Shown: one piece after another, positions 35,234 to 44,675 of the stretch
Layout: every line of letters starts with the position of its first letter
Numbering within the stretch: position 1 is the stretch's first letter
Origin: Bacteroidales bacterium
GTDB taxonomy: Bacteria > Bacteroidota > Bacteroidia > Bacteroidales > FEN-979
Reading direction: 5' to 3'
Assembly (NCBI GenBank): GCA_035403225.1
Contig: DAONET010000004.1
Span: forward strand, 12,552 to 76,551
DNA: 64,000 nucleotides
Made by a program: the position numbers and the translations under genes
Notes under the pieces: generated by a model
Told to the model about the DNA's origin: nothing
What the model saw: the letters and a program-made list of their open reading frames with translations, nothing else
Database searches by the model: none

Positions 35234-36625
35234 ATGACCATCACGCTCTACGGTGCAGCCGGGGATGTTACCGGCTCCGCTTACTACGTCCAGACAGATT
35301 CTGCAAAGATCCTGGTTGATTTCGGAGTCTTCCAGGGAGGGAAAACCGCTGAACTCAGGAATAGGAAACTACCTCCTGTTGATGTAAAGAATCTGAATGC
35401 CGTGGCGCTCACGCATGCGCACCTCGATCATGTAGGGCGGCTTCCGTTGCTGGTCAGGGCCGGGTATTCCAATCCCATTTATGCTACCCCTGCCTCAATA
35501 GAGGTGGTCGGTCTGGTATTACGCGACTCCTTCAAAGTTCAAAGTTTTGACCTGGAGAAGACGAACCGTCGTCGGCAACGGCTTGGACAATCTTCCCTGA
35601 GCCCCCTTTACACCCTGGAGGACGTAGAGAAGGTGTTGGATCTGCTTACTCCTGTCGGATACAACGAACCACAGGAAATCGCTCCCGGCTGCATCCTGCG
35701 TGCCACGGAAGCCGGTCATATCCTTGGGTCTGCCAGCCTTGAACTTACCCTTGATGACAGAGGAAATAAGAAAGTGGTGGTTTTCTCGGGCGACCTTGGC
35801 CCTTCGGGAATGGCCATCCTGAAAGATTCCGTTCCGTTCACTTCAGCCGACCTGGTCTTTATGGAATCGACTTACGGCGATCGTGAACACCGGTCCCTCG
35901 AACAGACTTTTATCGAAGGACAGGAGATCGTGATGCAGGCGATAAAAACAAAAGGAAAAATCCTCATCCCCGCATTCGCTATCGGCCGAACACAGCAACT
36001 GCTTTATTATATCTCGGCAGGGATGGAGAGCGGCCGTATCCCCGAATTCCCGGTTTATCTCGATAGCCCGATGGGGATCGAAGCGACGAAGATTTATGTG
36101 AAACATACGGAACTGTATGACGAGGAAGCCATGGAGATGCTGAATAAGGGAATCATCAGCCAGGATTTCTCCCGGTTGAGGATTTGCCAGACAGCTGAAG
36201 AGTCGATGGCGCTGAACAACGTGGAAGGTCCCTGTATTATCATCGCCGGCTCCGGTATGTGTGACGCAGGTCGCATCCTGCACCATCTCCGTCATAACCT
36301 CTGGCGACCCGAAACAGCGGTCCTCATCGCCGGATATCAGTCCCAGGGTTCCTTGGGAAGAAGGCTTATCGACGGCGCTAAGAAAGTCAGGATCTTTGGA
36401 GAAGATATCGCCGTCAGAGCCAGCATCCACTCACTCGGAGGACTCAGCGCCCACGCGGGACAAGCAGACTTGTTGAAGTGGTTCAATGCGATTGCCCCAT
36501 CCCGCCCGCGTCTTGCGATAACACACGGTGAAGACCGTGCACGGATCCCATTGGCAGAGATTATCCGCCAAAATTATGGCATTCAACCCATTCTTCCGGT
36601 ACTGGAGGATATTATCAGTGTTTAA
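35234..36625 (+). CDS. MBL-fold beta-CASP RNA-metabolising hydrolase (CPSF/RNase J-related)
   Basis: The metallo-beta-lactamase motif LTHAHLDHVGRLP is followed by beta-CASP-like and C-terminal His motifs (LSAHAGQADL). Length is 463 aa. Confidence 0.8.
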   Translation: MTITLYGAAGDVTGSAYYVQTDSAKILVDFGVFQGGKTAELRNRKLPPVDVKNLNAVALTHAHLDHVGRLPLLVRAGYSNPIYATPASIEVVGLVLRDSFKVQSFDLEKTNRRRQRLGQSSLSPLYTLEDVEKVLDLLTPVGYNEPQEIAPGCILRATEAGHILGSASLELTLDDRGNKKVVVFSGDLGPSGMAILKDSVPFTSADLVFMESTYGDREHRSLEQTFIEGQEIVMQAIKTKGKILIPAFAIGRTQQLLYYISAGMESGRIPEFPVYLDSPMGIEATKIYVKHTELYDEEAMEMLNKGIISQDFSRLRICQTAEESMALNNVEGPCIIIAGSGMCDAGRILHHLRHNLWRPETAVLIAGYQSQGSLGRRLIDGAKKVRIFGEDIAVRASIHSLGGLSAHAGQADLLKWFNAIAPSRPRLAITHGEDRARIPLAEIIRQNYGIQPILPVLEDIISV

Positions 36626-36844
36626 TATGACGAGCTGACCGGATTTTTTTACCCGGGCAATGCAGTATCGGGCACGACCGACACAGCTCTGTCCTTTAGA
36701 ATCAGTAAGACTTCCAGTGTACGTCATTAACCGCTACTCCGAGTCAGAAAATAAGAATCATTCTAAATTATTTTTTTCTGCATTACTTTTTCCGGAGAAA
36801 CCGGATTAAGGGGAAATTATGCAAGGTACCAGGCAAATTTTTTC

Positions 36845-36852
36845 TACTTTTG
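36845..36852 (+). promoter_or_regulatory. Bacteroidota-type -7 box (TACTTTTG)
   Basis: It lies 32 nt upstream of the ssb ATG at 36885. Confidence 0.4.
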
Positions 36853-36884
36853 TTAACGGAGTTATTCACTAAAACTGATTGAAA

Positions 36885-37307
36885 ATGGCAAACGGAGTAA
36901 ACAGAGTATTCCTGGTAGGAAATCTCGGAAGGGATCCGGAAATTCAGAGTTTTGAAAATGGTGTAAAGAAAGCTTCTTTCTCGCTGGCAACCACAGAAGG
37001 ATACCGGAAAGAAGGCGAACGGACCGAGCACACCGAATGGCACAATGTGGTGCTATGGCGCGGGCTGGCCGAAGTGGCTGAAAAGTGGCTGAAAAAAGGC
37101 AGCACCGTATGTATTGAAGGAAAGATCCGCAAACGGGAATACGAAGACAAGGAAAAGCAAAAACGCTTTATCTATGAAATCGTAGCCGATAACATGACCA
37201 TGTTGGGTGGTGGCCCTCGCAGGGACAACGTACCCGATGATACTACCGGCAATAGCAGCGATATCGTACCTGATGCACCTGCCGGCGCAGATGATCTGCC
37301 CTTTTAA
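36885..37307 (+). CDS. ssb: Single-stranded DNA-binding protein
   Basis: An OB-fold (NRVFLVGNLGRDPEIQ...TEWHNVVLWRGLAEVAEKWLKKGSTVCIEGKIRKREYEDK) is followed by an acidic tail ending DDLPF. The ATG at 36885 is used; the track start at 36879 is a TTG. Confidence 0.92.
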   Translation: MANGVNRVFLVGNLGRDPEIQSFENGVKKASFSLATTEGYRKEGERTEHTEWHNVVLWRGLAEVAEKWLKKGSTVCIEGKIRKREYEDKEKQKRFIYEIVADNMTMLGGGPRRDNVPDDTTGNSSDIVPDAPAGADDLPF

Positions 37308-37393
37308 TGTATTACCGGAAAGAAGCGGGAACACAGGTTTCTGCGTTCCCGCTTTTTCCCTGACCAACCCAGGTTTTTCCATCCCCTGAATCA

Positions 37394-37999
37394 ATGAGAA
37401 TTTCTTTCAATAATTTCTTCCGGATTATCTTTTTTACGGCGATTACCGTAACCTTTACTTTTTTCTTTTCTTCCTGTAAAAACGACTATACCCCCAAACC
37501 GAGAGGGTACTTCCGCATCGATCTCCCGTCGCACGAATACCGTTCATTTGATACCACTTTCCCTTTTTCGTTTGAATATCCCGTGTATGCCAGGGTTGTG
37601 GCCGACAGCAGCCCGATGGCCGAACCATATTGGATTAATGTGGTTTATCCCCGGTACAAAGCAGCCCTCCATATTTCCTATAAGCCGGTCAACCGGAACC
37701 TGGCGGTTTACCTGGAAGATGCCCACACCCTTGTGAACAAACATATCCAGAAAGCCAACGCGATCAGCCAGCAACAATATATCGACACGGCTCACCACGT
37801 CTTCGGACTCACCTATACCATCAAGGGAAGCGATGCTGCCTCCCCGTTTCAGTTCTATCTTACCGACAGTCTTTCCCATTTTGTACGCGGGGCTCTCTAT
37901 TTCGATGTCGTTCCCAACAACGATTCGCTGGCGCCCGTCATCGACTTCATCACCGAAGATGTACAGCATATGATCACGACTTTCCGCTGGAAAAAGTAG
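37394..37999 (+). CDS. gldD: Gliding-motility lipoprotein GldD-like
   Basis: A lipobox (FFFSS|C) is followed by the GldD-like opening 'KNDYTPKPRGYFRIDLP'. The ~200-aa size and the position downstream of mutY/ssb match my recollection of Flavobacterium johnsoniae. Confidence 0.6.
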   Translation: MRISFNNFFRIIFFTAITVTFTFFFSSCKNDYTPKPRGYFRIDLPSHEYRSFDTTFPFSFEYPVYARVVADSSPMAEPYWINVVYPRYKAALHISYKPVNRNLAVYLEDAHTLVNKHIQKANAISQQQYIDTAHHVFGLTYTIKGSDAASPFQFYLTDSLSHFVRGALYFDVVPNNDSLAPVIDFITEDVQHMITTFRWKK

Positions 38000-38091
38000 A
38001 TCATCAGCATCTTTTCTCGGAAAATTTCATGACCTTTGCACTGGTACCGGGTTGAAAGTGACCTTGTTCCTAAACTTTTAATGTTTGTTTC

Positions 38092-40482
38092 ATGAACAGA
38101 TTCCTTATACTCCTTTCAGCTATGCTGATCTCTGTTTCCTTGTCAGGGCAGGATCTTCGCTATTCGGAAGTGAATATCTCGTTATCCGGTAAGACCATCC
38201 ATCAGCTTGCTTCGCTGGGCATCCCGTTGGATGAAGGGAACATGACCCGCGAAGGGACCGTGAGAATGATCCTTTCGGAAGAAGAGCTTTCCCGGATCTC
38301 CCAAGCCGGTTTTTCGTACGAGACCATCACCGGTGATTATTCCTCTTTCATCACGGAACGGAATACACGCCTTGCCTCGCTCATTGAGTCCATCAACCAC
38401 GAGATCAAAGACGGCATGCTGACCGGTGGCGATTATCCGGTGCCACAGGGATTTGAGTTGGGCTCCATGGGCGGTTTCTATACCTTGGAGGAGGCTTATC
38501 ATGAAATGGATTCCCTTCACAACGCCTACCCCGACCTCGTCTCCGAAAAAGCGGTATTTAACAATACCACCACCATCGAAGGGCGCCCCATTTATTACCT
38601 GAAAATTTCCGATAACCCGAACGTAAACGAAGATGAACCCAGGGTGCTGTACGACGGACTGACCCATGCCCGGGAGCCGATCGGCATGCAACAGCTTTTT
38701 TATTTCATGAACTACCTGCTGGAGCATTATGCCACTGATCCGGAGATACAATACCTGGTCAATAATGTCGAAATGTATTTTATCCCGGTGATGAATCCCG
38801 ACGGATATCATCACAACCAGATGACCAATCCCATCGGAGGTGGTATGTGGAGAAAGAATAAACGCAACAACGGCGATGGCACTTACGGGGTTGACCTCAA
38901 CCGGAACTACGGCTATATGTGGGGCTATGATGACCAGGGATCATCTCCTGTCACCAGTGATGAGACGTATCGTGGAAGCGGACCGTTCTCTGAGCCGGAA
39001 ACACAAATAGCTCGCGACTTCTGCAATGATAAAGATTTCAAACTGGCCCTGAATTATCATTCCCATGGGAATGTTTGCCTTTATGCCTGGTCGTATATCA
39101 CTTCCCTCACACCCGATAGTACCATATTCACGAAGTATTCAGACCTTCTTACACGCGACAATAATTATATCACGGGAACATCGGGAGAGGTGCTATACAA
39201 CACCAACGGCGACATGAATGACTGGTTGTACGGGGATGTCACCCAGCATCCTGTAAACATCTCTTTTACCCCCGAGATCGGAGGGAGCAGCGACGGCTTC
39301 TGGCCACTGGCAAACCGCATCATCCCGTTATCTAAGGAGAACATGCTGGCCAATCTCTTGCTGGCACATCTCTCTTATCGCTATGCAGAGGTCAGGGATG
39401 AATCGGATGCCATCATCGGCGACCGCGAGGGCTATTTTCCGTTCAAAATCACGCGTTACGGTCTGGATAGCAACGGGCAGTACACCGTTTCCATCCAACC
39501 CGTCGATCCTGCCGTGATTACCTCGGTCGGGAATCCGGTCACCTTCACTTCCCTGGCGCTCTTTGAATCCGCTGTCGATTCCATCTCATTTACCCTTTCT
39601 CCTGATTTACCTGTCGGCGAAGCATTTCAATTTTTATTACAGATCAACAACGGCTTCTATACGCATACCGATACCATCACCAGGTATTTCGGTCCGCCGC
39701 TGGTAGCATTCAGCGACGATGGAAGCAGCTTCAGCAAGTGGTACTCTTCCAAATGGAACACGACGACCAAGCATTATTTCTCTCCTTCGTCATCAATAAC
39801 AGATTCTCCTTCGGGAAGGTATTCCAACAACGAAAGCAATTCCGTGATCATGGATGAATTCGTCGACTTGTCCAATTCACCCGTTGCGGTGATCGAATAC
39901 ATGGCCTGGTGGGATATTGAAAATGGGTTGGATTATGTTCAGGTTGCAGGAACATCGGCGACATCATTCGTTCCGTTCGCCGGCAGATATACCCATCCCG
40001 GGGGACCAGCGCAAGCCACTGGTCAGCCGGTTTACGACAATGTGATGAATGAATGGGTGAAAGAACAGATCGTCACGACTGATTATGCCGGCAAAGACCT
40101 GTTGCTTCGTTTCACCCTCAACAGCGATTCGTGGGGTACCGCCGACGGCTTCTATTTCGATGATATGAAAATCACCGTCATCGACATGTCATGCTCCGGG
40201 ATTGACACTCCGGGAGCGGAGGGGGCCTGGTTCTCACAACCAGCTCCGAATCCGTCGGACAGAGTGGCTTCGTTCCGGTACCGGCTACCTGAAGGTTCCA
40301 CAGGGCCTGCCTGGCTAAAAGTATACGATCTTCGCGGAATGGAAATTTATACGGAAAAAGTTGAAACCCGGAGCGGATCAATTACGTTGAATACGGTTGA
40401 CCTTGAGCGGGGAGTGTATCTTTGCAGGCTTGAAACGGCGGGATTTATTTCACCGGTAAGAAAATTGCTCATCATCCATTAA
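38092..40482 (+). CDS. T9SS-secreted M14-family zinc carboxypeptidase with a jelly-roll/MAM-like domain and CTD
   Basis: Signal peptide is ...SVSLSG|QD. M14 motifs are present: HAREPIG (HxxE Zn site), NRNYGYMWG and a downstream LNYHSHGN His. The CTD reads PAPNPSDRVASFRY...GVYLCRLE...RKLLIIH. Confidence 0.82.
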   Translation: MNRFLILLSAMLISVSLSGQDLRYSEVNISLSGKTIHQLASLGIPLDEGNMTREGTVRMILSEEELSRISQAGFSYETITGDYSSFITERNTRLASLIESINHEIKDGMLTGGDYPVPQGFELGSMGGFYTLEEAYHEMDSLHNAYPDLVSEKAVFNNTTTIEGRPIYYLKISDNPNVNEDEPRVLYDGLTHAREPIGMQQLFYFMNYLLEHYATDPEIQYLVNNVEMYFIPVMNPDGYHHNQMTNPIGGGMWRKNKRNNGDGTYGVDLNRNYGYMWGYDDQGSSPVTSDETYRGSGPFSEPETQIARDFCNDKDFKLALNYHSHGNVCLYAWSYITSLTPDSTIFTKYSDLLTRDNNYITGTSGEVLYNTNGDMNDWLYGDVTQHPVNISFTPEIGGSSDGFWPLANRIIPLSKENMLANLLLAHLSYRYAEVRDESDAIIGDREGYFPFKITRYGLDSNGQYTVSIQPVDPAVITSVGNPVTFTSLALFESAVDSISFTLSPDLPVGEAFQFLLQINNGFYTHTDTITRYFGPPLVAFSDDGSSFSKWYSSKWNTTTKHYFSPSSSITDSPSGRYSNNESNSVIMDEFVDLSNSPVAVIEYMAWWDIENGLDYVQVAGTSATSFVPFAGRYTHPGGPAQATGQPVYDNVMNEWVKEQIVTTDYAGKDLLLRFTLNSDSWGTADGFYFDDMKITVIDMSCSGIDTPGAEGAWFSQPAPNPSDRVASFRYRLPEGSTGPAWLKVYDLRGMEIYTEKVETRSGSITLNTVDLERGVYLCRLETAGFISPVRKLLIIH

Positions 40483-40493
40483 AAAGACAGGCC

Positions 40494-41405
40494 GTGATTG
40501 AAACTATTAAATTCGGCAACCTTACCTGGTCTCATATCGTCAGACCCAATGAAGAGGATCTTCAGATACTGACGGATCACTTTCATTTTCATCCCCTCGA
40601 CATCGATGACTGCCGAAGTGTGGTGAATCTGAGACCCAAAATCGACGTGTACGATGATTACTACTTCCTGATTCTCCATTTCCCGAGTTTCGATACCTCC
40701 CAGACCTTTGTCGACACCAAGGAAATCAAGGTTTTTTGGGGAAAGGATTTTCTAATTACCATCGGCAAATCGCACTGGTTGGTGAAGGACATGTTCAGTC
40801 AGGAGAAAGCACGGGCTATCGCCGGGAAAAAGATGGACGTCGATAGTACCGATATTCTGCTTTACCGGATCCTTGAACGCTTGATGCATGAAACGCAGAA
40901 CCTGGTGGAGAAGGTGGAGAAGGATGTAGACAACTGCGGGAAATCACTGTTTAGCAAGAAGGCGGAAAAGACAATCGAAAAGATCAGCATCACCCGGAAA
41001 AATGTGGTGCTGCTGAACACCATGTTCAAACCCCAATTGCAATTGTTCCATAAACTGCAGAGCGGAGCTGTGGAAGGTTATGCGGCCAATATGGAAGATT
41101 ATTGGGGAAACATCCTCGACTTCTATCAGAAAACCTGGGATACCGTAGAAGATGCCGGAGAACTTATTCGTGGTTATTCCACCACCTTCGATTCCCTGCA
41201 GGTCAATAAGACCAATGAGGTGATGAAGATCCTGACGCTGGTTTCGTCGGTCCTGCTGCCGCTTACCTTCCTGGCCAGCTTGTATGGGATGAATGTCCCG
41301 TTGCCCATTCAGGAGCGTCCCGAATCATTTTTGGTCATCACCGGTATCATGATTGTCATTGCCGTGATGATGGTTGTTTATTTTAAAGGGCGACGATGGA
41401 TGTGA
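40494..41405 (+). CDS. corA: CorA-family magnesium/cobalt transporter
   Basis: The C-terminus has two TM helices with the YGMN signature (LASLYGMNVPLP). The start is a GTG, 11 nt after the carboxypeptidase stop. Confidence 0.82.
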   Translation: MIETIKFGNLTWSHIVRPNEEDLQILTDHFHFHPLDIDDCRSVVNLRPKIDVYDDYYFLILHFPSFDTSQTFVDTKEIKVFWGKDFLITIGKSHWLVKDMFSQEKARAIAGKKMDVDSTDILLYRILERLMHETQNLVEKVEKDVDNCGKSLFSKKAEKTIEKISITRKNVVLLNTMFKPQLQLFHKLQSGAVEGYAANMEDYWGNILDFYQKTWDTVEDAGELIRGYSTTFDSLQVNKTNEVMKILTLVSSVLLPLTFLASLYGMNVPLPIQERPESFLVITGIMIVIAVMMVVYFKGRRWM

Positions 41406-42497
41406 TCAATCTTCGCTGTTCATGACATCGATCTGGCGCTGGATCGATTCTTCATGCAGCGCCTGCAACAATTTCATCAGAAACTCCCTGCTTAATCCCA
41501 GTTCTTCCCCTGCTCTTACGCGTTCGTGGATAACCTGTCTCCATCTTTTCAATTGCAGGATGGTGATACGGTTCATTTTCTTGTATTTTCCGATCTCTCC
41601 CACGACATTCATTCGCCGGGCAAGGATCTCAATCATTTCCTGATCAAGTTTGTCTATTTCCGACCGTAGTTTTTCCAGTACATTCTGAAATTCCTGCTCC
41701 CCTGATTCTTCCCGTATTACCAATCCTGAGATCAGTTGTTGTAACTGCTGAGGAGTGATTTGCTGTTTTTTATCGGTAAGGGCTTCCTGCGGACGGATAT
41801 GTACTTCGATCATCAATCCGTTCATCTCCAGATCAAGGGCTTTCTGGGCAGTAGGCAACAGCCGGGTAGTTTCTCCGCAAATATGGCTGGGATCAACGAT
41901 CATCGGGAGATCGGGGCACATCCTTTTTAACTCGATAGGGATCTCCCACATGGGGGCGTTGCGGTATGGGGTACTCTGGAAGAAAGAAAATCCGCGATGG
42001 ACGGCGATGATCCGTTTCACGCCCATGGCATTGATCCGTTCAATCGCCCCTAACCATGTCTTCAGATCGGGGTTGAGCGGGTTCTTGATCATCACCGGGA
42101 TATCCACCCCTTTCAGCGCTTCTCCGATCTCCTGCACCGAAAAAGGATTTACAACGGTCCGGGCTCCGATCCAAAGAATATCGACTCTGTGTTTCAGCGC
42201 TTCTTCCACATGGTGCGGGTTGGCTACTTCCACGGTGGTCTTCAGCCCTGTCTCTTCCCGGACTTGTTTCAGCCAGCTCAGCCCCACGGAACCAACTCCT
42301 TCGAACGAACCGGGACGCGTCCGTGGTTTCCAGATGCCCGCCCGGAAAACTTTAACGTTGGGGATTGCTGCCAGCGATCTGGCCGTAGTCATCACCTGCT
42401 CTTCCGATTCAGCTGAACAGGGACCGGCAATGATGCAGGGAGTGACCTGGCAGGGAAGCCAGTCATGCAAAGGAAGAATGTTCAACGCCGGAGCCAT
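41406..42497 (-). CDS. Bifunctional 3-deoxy-7-phosphoheptulonate (DAHP) synthase / chorismate mutase
   Basis: The N-terminal portion is a type I-beta DAHPS/KDO8PS-fold (IIAGPCSAESEEQ, VFRAGIWKPRTRPGSFEG, DPSHICG). The C-terminus is an AroQ-type chorismate mutase (LRSEIDKLDQEMIEILARRMNVVGEIGKYK). The stop codon abuts the corA stop. Confidence 0.82.
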   Translation of the reverse strand: MAPALNILPLHDWLPCQVTPCIIAGPCSAESEEQVMTTARSLAAIPNVKVFRAGIWKPRTRPGSFEGVGSVGLSWLKQVREETGLKTTVEVANPHHVEEALKHRVDILWIGARTVVNPFSVQEIGEALKGVDIPVMIKNPLNPDLKTWLGAIERINAMGVKRIIAVHRGFSFFQSTPYRNAPMWEIPIELKRMCPDLPMIVDPSHICGETTRLLPTAQKALDLEMNGLMIEVHIRPQEALTDKKQQITPQQLQQLISGLVIREESGEQEFQNVLEKLRSEIDKLDQEMIEILARRMNVVGEIGKYKKMNRITILQLKRWRQVIHERVRAGEELGLSREFLMKLLQALHEESIQRQIDVMNSED

Positions 42498-42506
42498 CTG
42501 GAAAGA

Positions 42507-43001
42507 TTAATGAAGAGAAAAGATCATCCTGAAAAAAGCAACCAGCGCGCTGATGGCGGATACGATCATGACGATGATGAAAATTACCGGGATCAGCATG
42601 TCGAGCCAGGTCAGATTGGTGCCGGAGAAGTCAAACGGATACAGGTAATAGAGGATGATGAACAAAATGAAGGTTGCCACTTCTGATATGATCCGGACCA
42701 GATAGTAAGGCCAGCGGGTCTCGATAAAGGCCATGATGGTGTTGGCCGCGATCTGAATAAAGATGTTGTAAATAAGGACAGCCTGAACGATGGAAAAAAA
42801 AATACTGGTGATAAAGGAAAGATTCCAGTCAGGGACTTTATTGACCACCCACAGGAAAATTATATTCCAGATGATGGCCCAGATATGTTCACCCCTCCGT
42901 TTCTTCAAAGGTTTATCCTGATACCAATGACGACGGGTAAAATCGTCCGCTTTACTGACCCAACCGGGCTTGGTCAGGGGAGATTCGGGTTCGTTTGTCA
43001 T
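42507..43001 (-). CDS. Hypothetical integral membrane protein (about 4 TM)
   Basis: The 164-aa ORF has four long hydrophobic stretches and lies 9 nt upstream of the DAHPS gene on the same strand. I recognise no family. Confidence 0.5.
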   Translation of the reverse strand: MTNEPESPLTKPGWVSKADDFTRRHWYQDKPLKKRRGEHIWAIIWNIIFLWVVNKVPDWNLSFITSIFFSIVQAVLIYNIFIQIAANTIMAFIETRWPYYLVRIISEVATFILFIILYYLYPFDFSGTNLTWLDMLIPVIFIIVMIVSAISALVAFFRMIFSLH

Positions 43002-43067
43002 ACCTGACGTTTTTCAATTTTAACAAAGGTAGATCAAATTTTAGTTTTGTGCTGTTCCCTTTTCCCT

Positions 43068-43075
43068 TAATTTTG
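43068..43075 (+). promoter_or_regulatory. Bacteroidota-type -7 box (TAATTTTG)
   Basis: It lies 16 nt upstream of the asnS ATG at 43092. A second match, TAGTTTTG, is at 43042-43049. Confidence 0.4.
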
Positions 43076-43091
43076 CATCACTTAAGACTGA

Positions 43092-44495
43092 ATGGATATG
43101 GAACATTTGCGAAGATCGAGGATCTGTGATCTTGTCAGATCAAAGGAAACGGGCCGGGATGTGCTCGTAAAAGGCTGGGTGCGCACACGACGCGGCAGTA
43201 AAAATATTTATTTTATTGCATTGAACGATGGATCGATCATTCACAATATCCAGGTGGTTGTTGACGGGAATCGTTTCTCGGAAGAGTTCATGAAACCGGT
43301 GACTACCGGATCCTGTATCGCCGTAAAAGGTACATTGGTTGAATCCATGGGCCAGGGACAATCGGTAGAAATTCAAGCCAATGAAATTGAGGTTTACGGA
43401 ACAGCCAGTCCCGAAACCTATCCACTACAGAAAAAAGGACATTCGCTGGAATTTCTTCGGGAGATCGCCCACCTGAGACCCCGTACCAACACTTTCGGAG
43501 CGGTATTGCGCATTCGTCATGCCATGGCGTTTGCCATTCACAAATACTTCAACGATCAGGGATTTTTCTACCTGCATACTCCCATTATCACCGGATCGGA
43601 TGCAGAAGGCGCCGGAGATATGTTCCGGGTGACAACCCTCGATGATAAAAACCCTCCGCGTCTTCCCGACGGCAACGTGGATTATTCACAGGATTTCTTC
43701 GGAAAAGAAACCAAACTTACTGTTTCGGGACAACTGGAAGGGGAACTCGGCGCGCTGGCGTTGTCACTGGTTTATACTTTCGGACCGACCTTCAGGGCTG
43801 AAAACTCCAACACACCCCGCCATCTGGCAGAATTCTGGATGATAGAACCCGAAATGGCCTTCTACGATGTCAACGATAACATGGACCTGGCCGAAGACTT
43901 CCTCAAGTACCTGATGAAGTATGCGCTCGATCATTGTTTCGACGACCTGGAGTTCTTGAATAAAATGTATGATAATGAGCTGATCGAAAGACTGAAAGGC
44001 GTCATTGATAATAAGTTTGAACGGCTGACTTATACCGAAGCGGTCGATATTCTGATGGCTGCTGACCAGAAATGGGAGTATCCGGTTTCATGGGGTGTAG
44101 ATCTGCAAGCCGAACATGAACGGTACCTGGTTGAAAAGCACTTTAACAAACCGGTTATTCTTACTGATTATCCCAAAGATATCAAGGCTTTCTATATGAA
44201 ACAGAACGAGGACGGAAAGACTGTCCGCGGAATGGATGTCCTGTTCCCTCGTATCGGTGAGATCATTGGCGGATCGCAGCGCGAAGAAAACCTGGAATCC
44301 TTGACAAAACGCATTGAAGAACTTCACATTCCCGGGAAAGACGTTTCCTGGTATCTCGATACCCGACGCTTCGGGACAGCTCCGCACTCCGGATTCGGCC
44401 TGGGATTTGAAAGGCTCCTCCTGTTTGTGACCGGCATGGCTAATATCCGCGATGTGATTCCCTTCCCGCGTACCCCGAAGAATGCGGAATTTTAA
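43092..44495 (+). CDS. asnS: Asparagine--tRNA ligase
   Basis: An OB anticodon-binding N-terminus is followed by class II motifs ([21 protein letters not shown]; [15 protein letters not shown]). The size and ending are typical of AsnRS. Confidence 0.92.
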   Translation: MDMEHLRRSRICDLVRSKETGRDVLVKGWVRTRRGSKNIYFIALNDGSIIHNIQVVVDGNRFSEEFMKPVTTGSCIAVKGTLVESMGQGQSVEIQANEIEVYGTASPETYPLQKKGHSLEFLREIAHLRPRTNTFGAVLRIRHAMAFAIHKYFNDQGFFYLHTPIITGSDAEGAGDMFRVTTLDDKNPPRLPDGNVDYSQDFFGKETKLTVSGQLEGELGALALSLVYTFGPTFRAENSNTPRHLAEFWMIEPEMAFYDVNDNMDLAEDFLKYLMKYALDHCFDDLEFLNKMYDNELIERLKGVIDNKFERLTYTEAVDILMAADQKWEYPVSWGVDLQAEHERYLVEKHFNKPVILTDYPKDIKAFYMKQNEDGKTVRGMDVLFPRIGEIIGGSQREENLESLTKRIEELHIPGKDVSWYLDTRRFGTAPHSGFGLGFERLLLFVTGMANIRDVIPFPRTPKNAEF

Positions 44496-44675
44496 TTCTG
44501 CACTCCCGTAAACGGGTAATACAGTCCGTTTTTTTCCTTATGTATAATCAGATTAATTCTGAATTATACACTTCCGCATTACCTTCAGGCGGGAACCCGG
44601 ATAAAGGAAAAAATTCAGCGTTGCTTTTTTCTTCTGAAGAGGAAAAAGTGATATTTTTACTTTGAAATTTGAACT

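Noticed and set aside
36626-36884. The 259-nt intergenic region upstream of ssb was considered as a possible sRNA, riboswitch or small gene.
   Set aside because: I saw no convincing conserved-looking structure and no ORF beyond a 3-codon ATG...TGA. I saw no matches to RNA motifs I can recognise. Only the TACTTTTG promoter box is called.
44505-44536. Possible terminator hairpins lie after asnS (cccg-taaa-cggg and aaacgg...ccgttt followed by a T-run).
   Set aside because: The stems are only 4-6 bp and AU-rich, with a 10-nt loop in the T-run-associated version. They are too weak to call without Term-seq or energy calculation.
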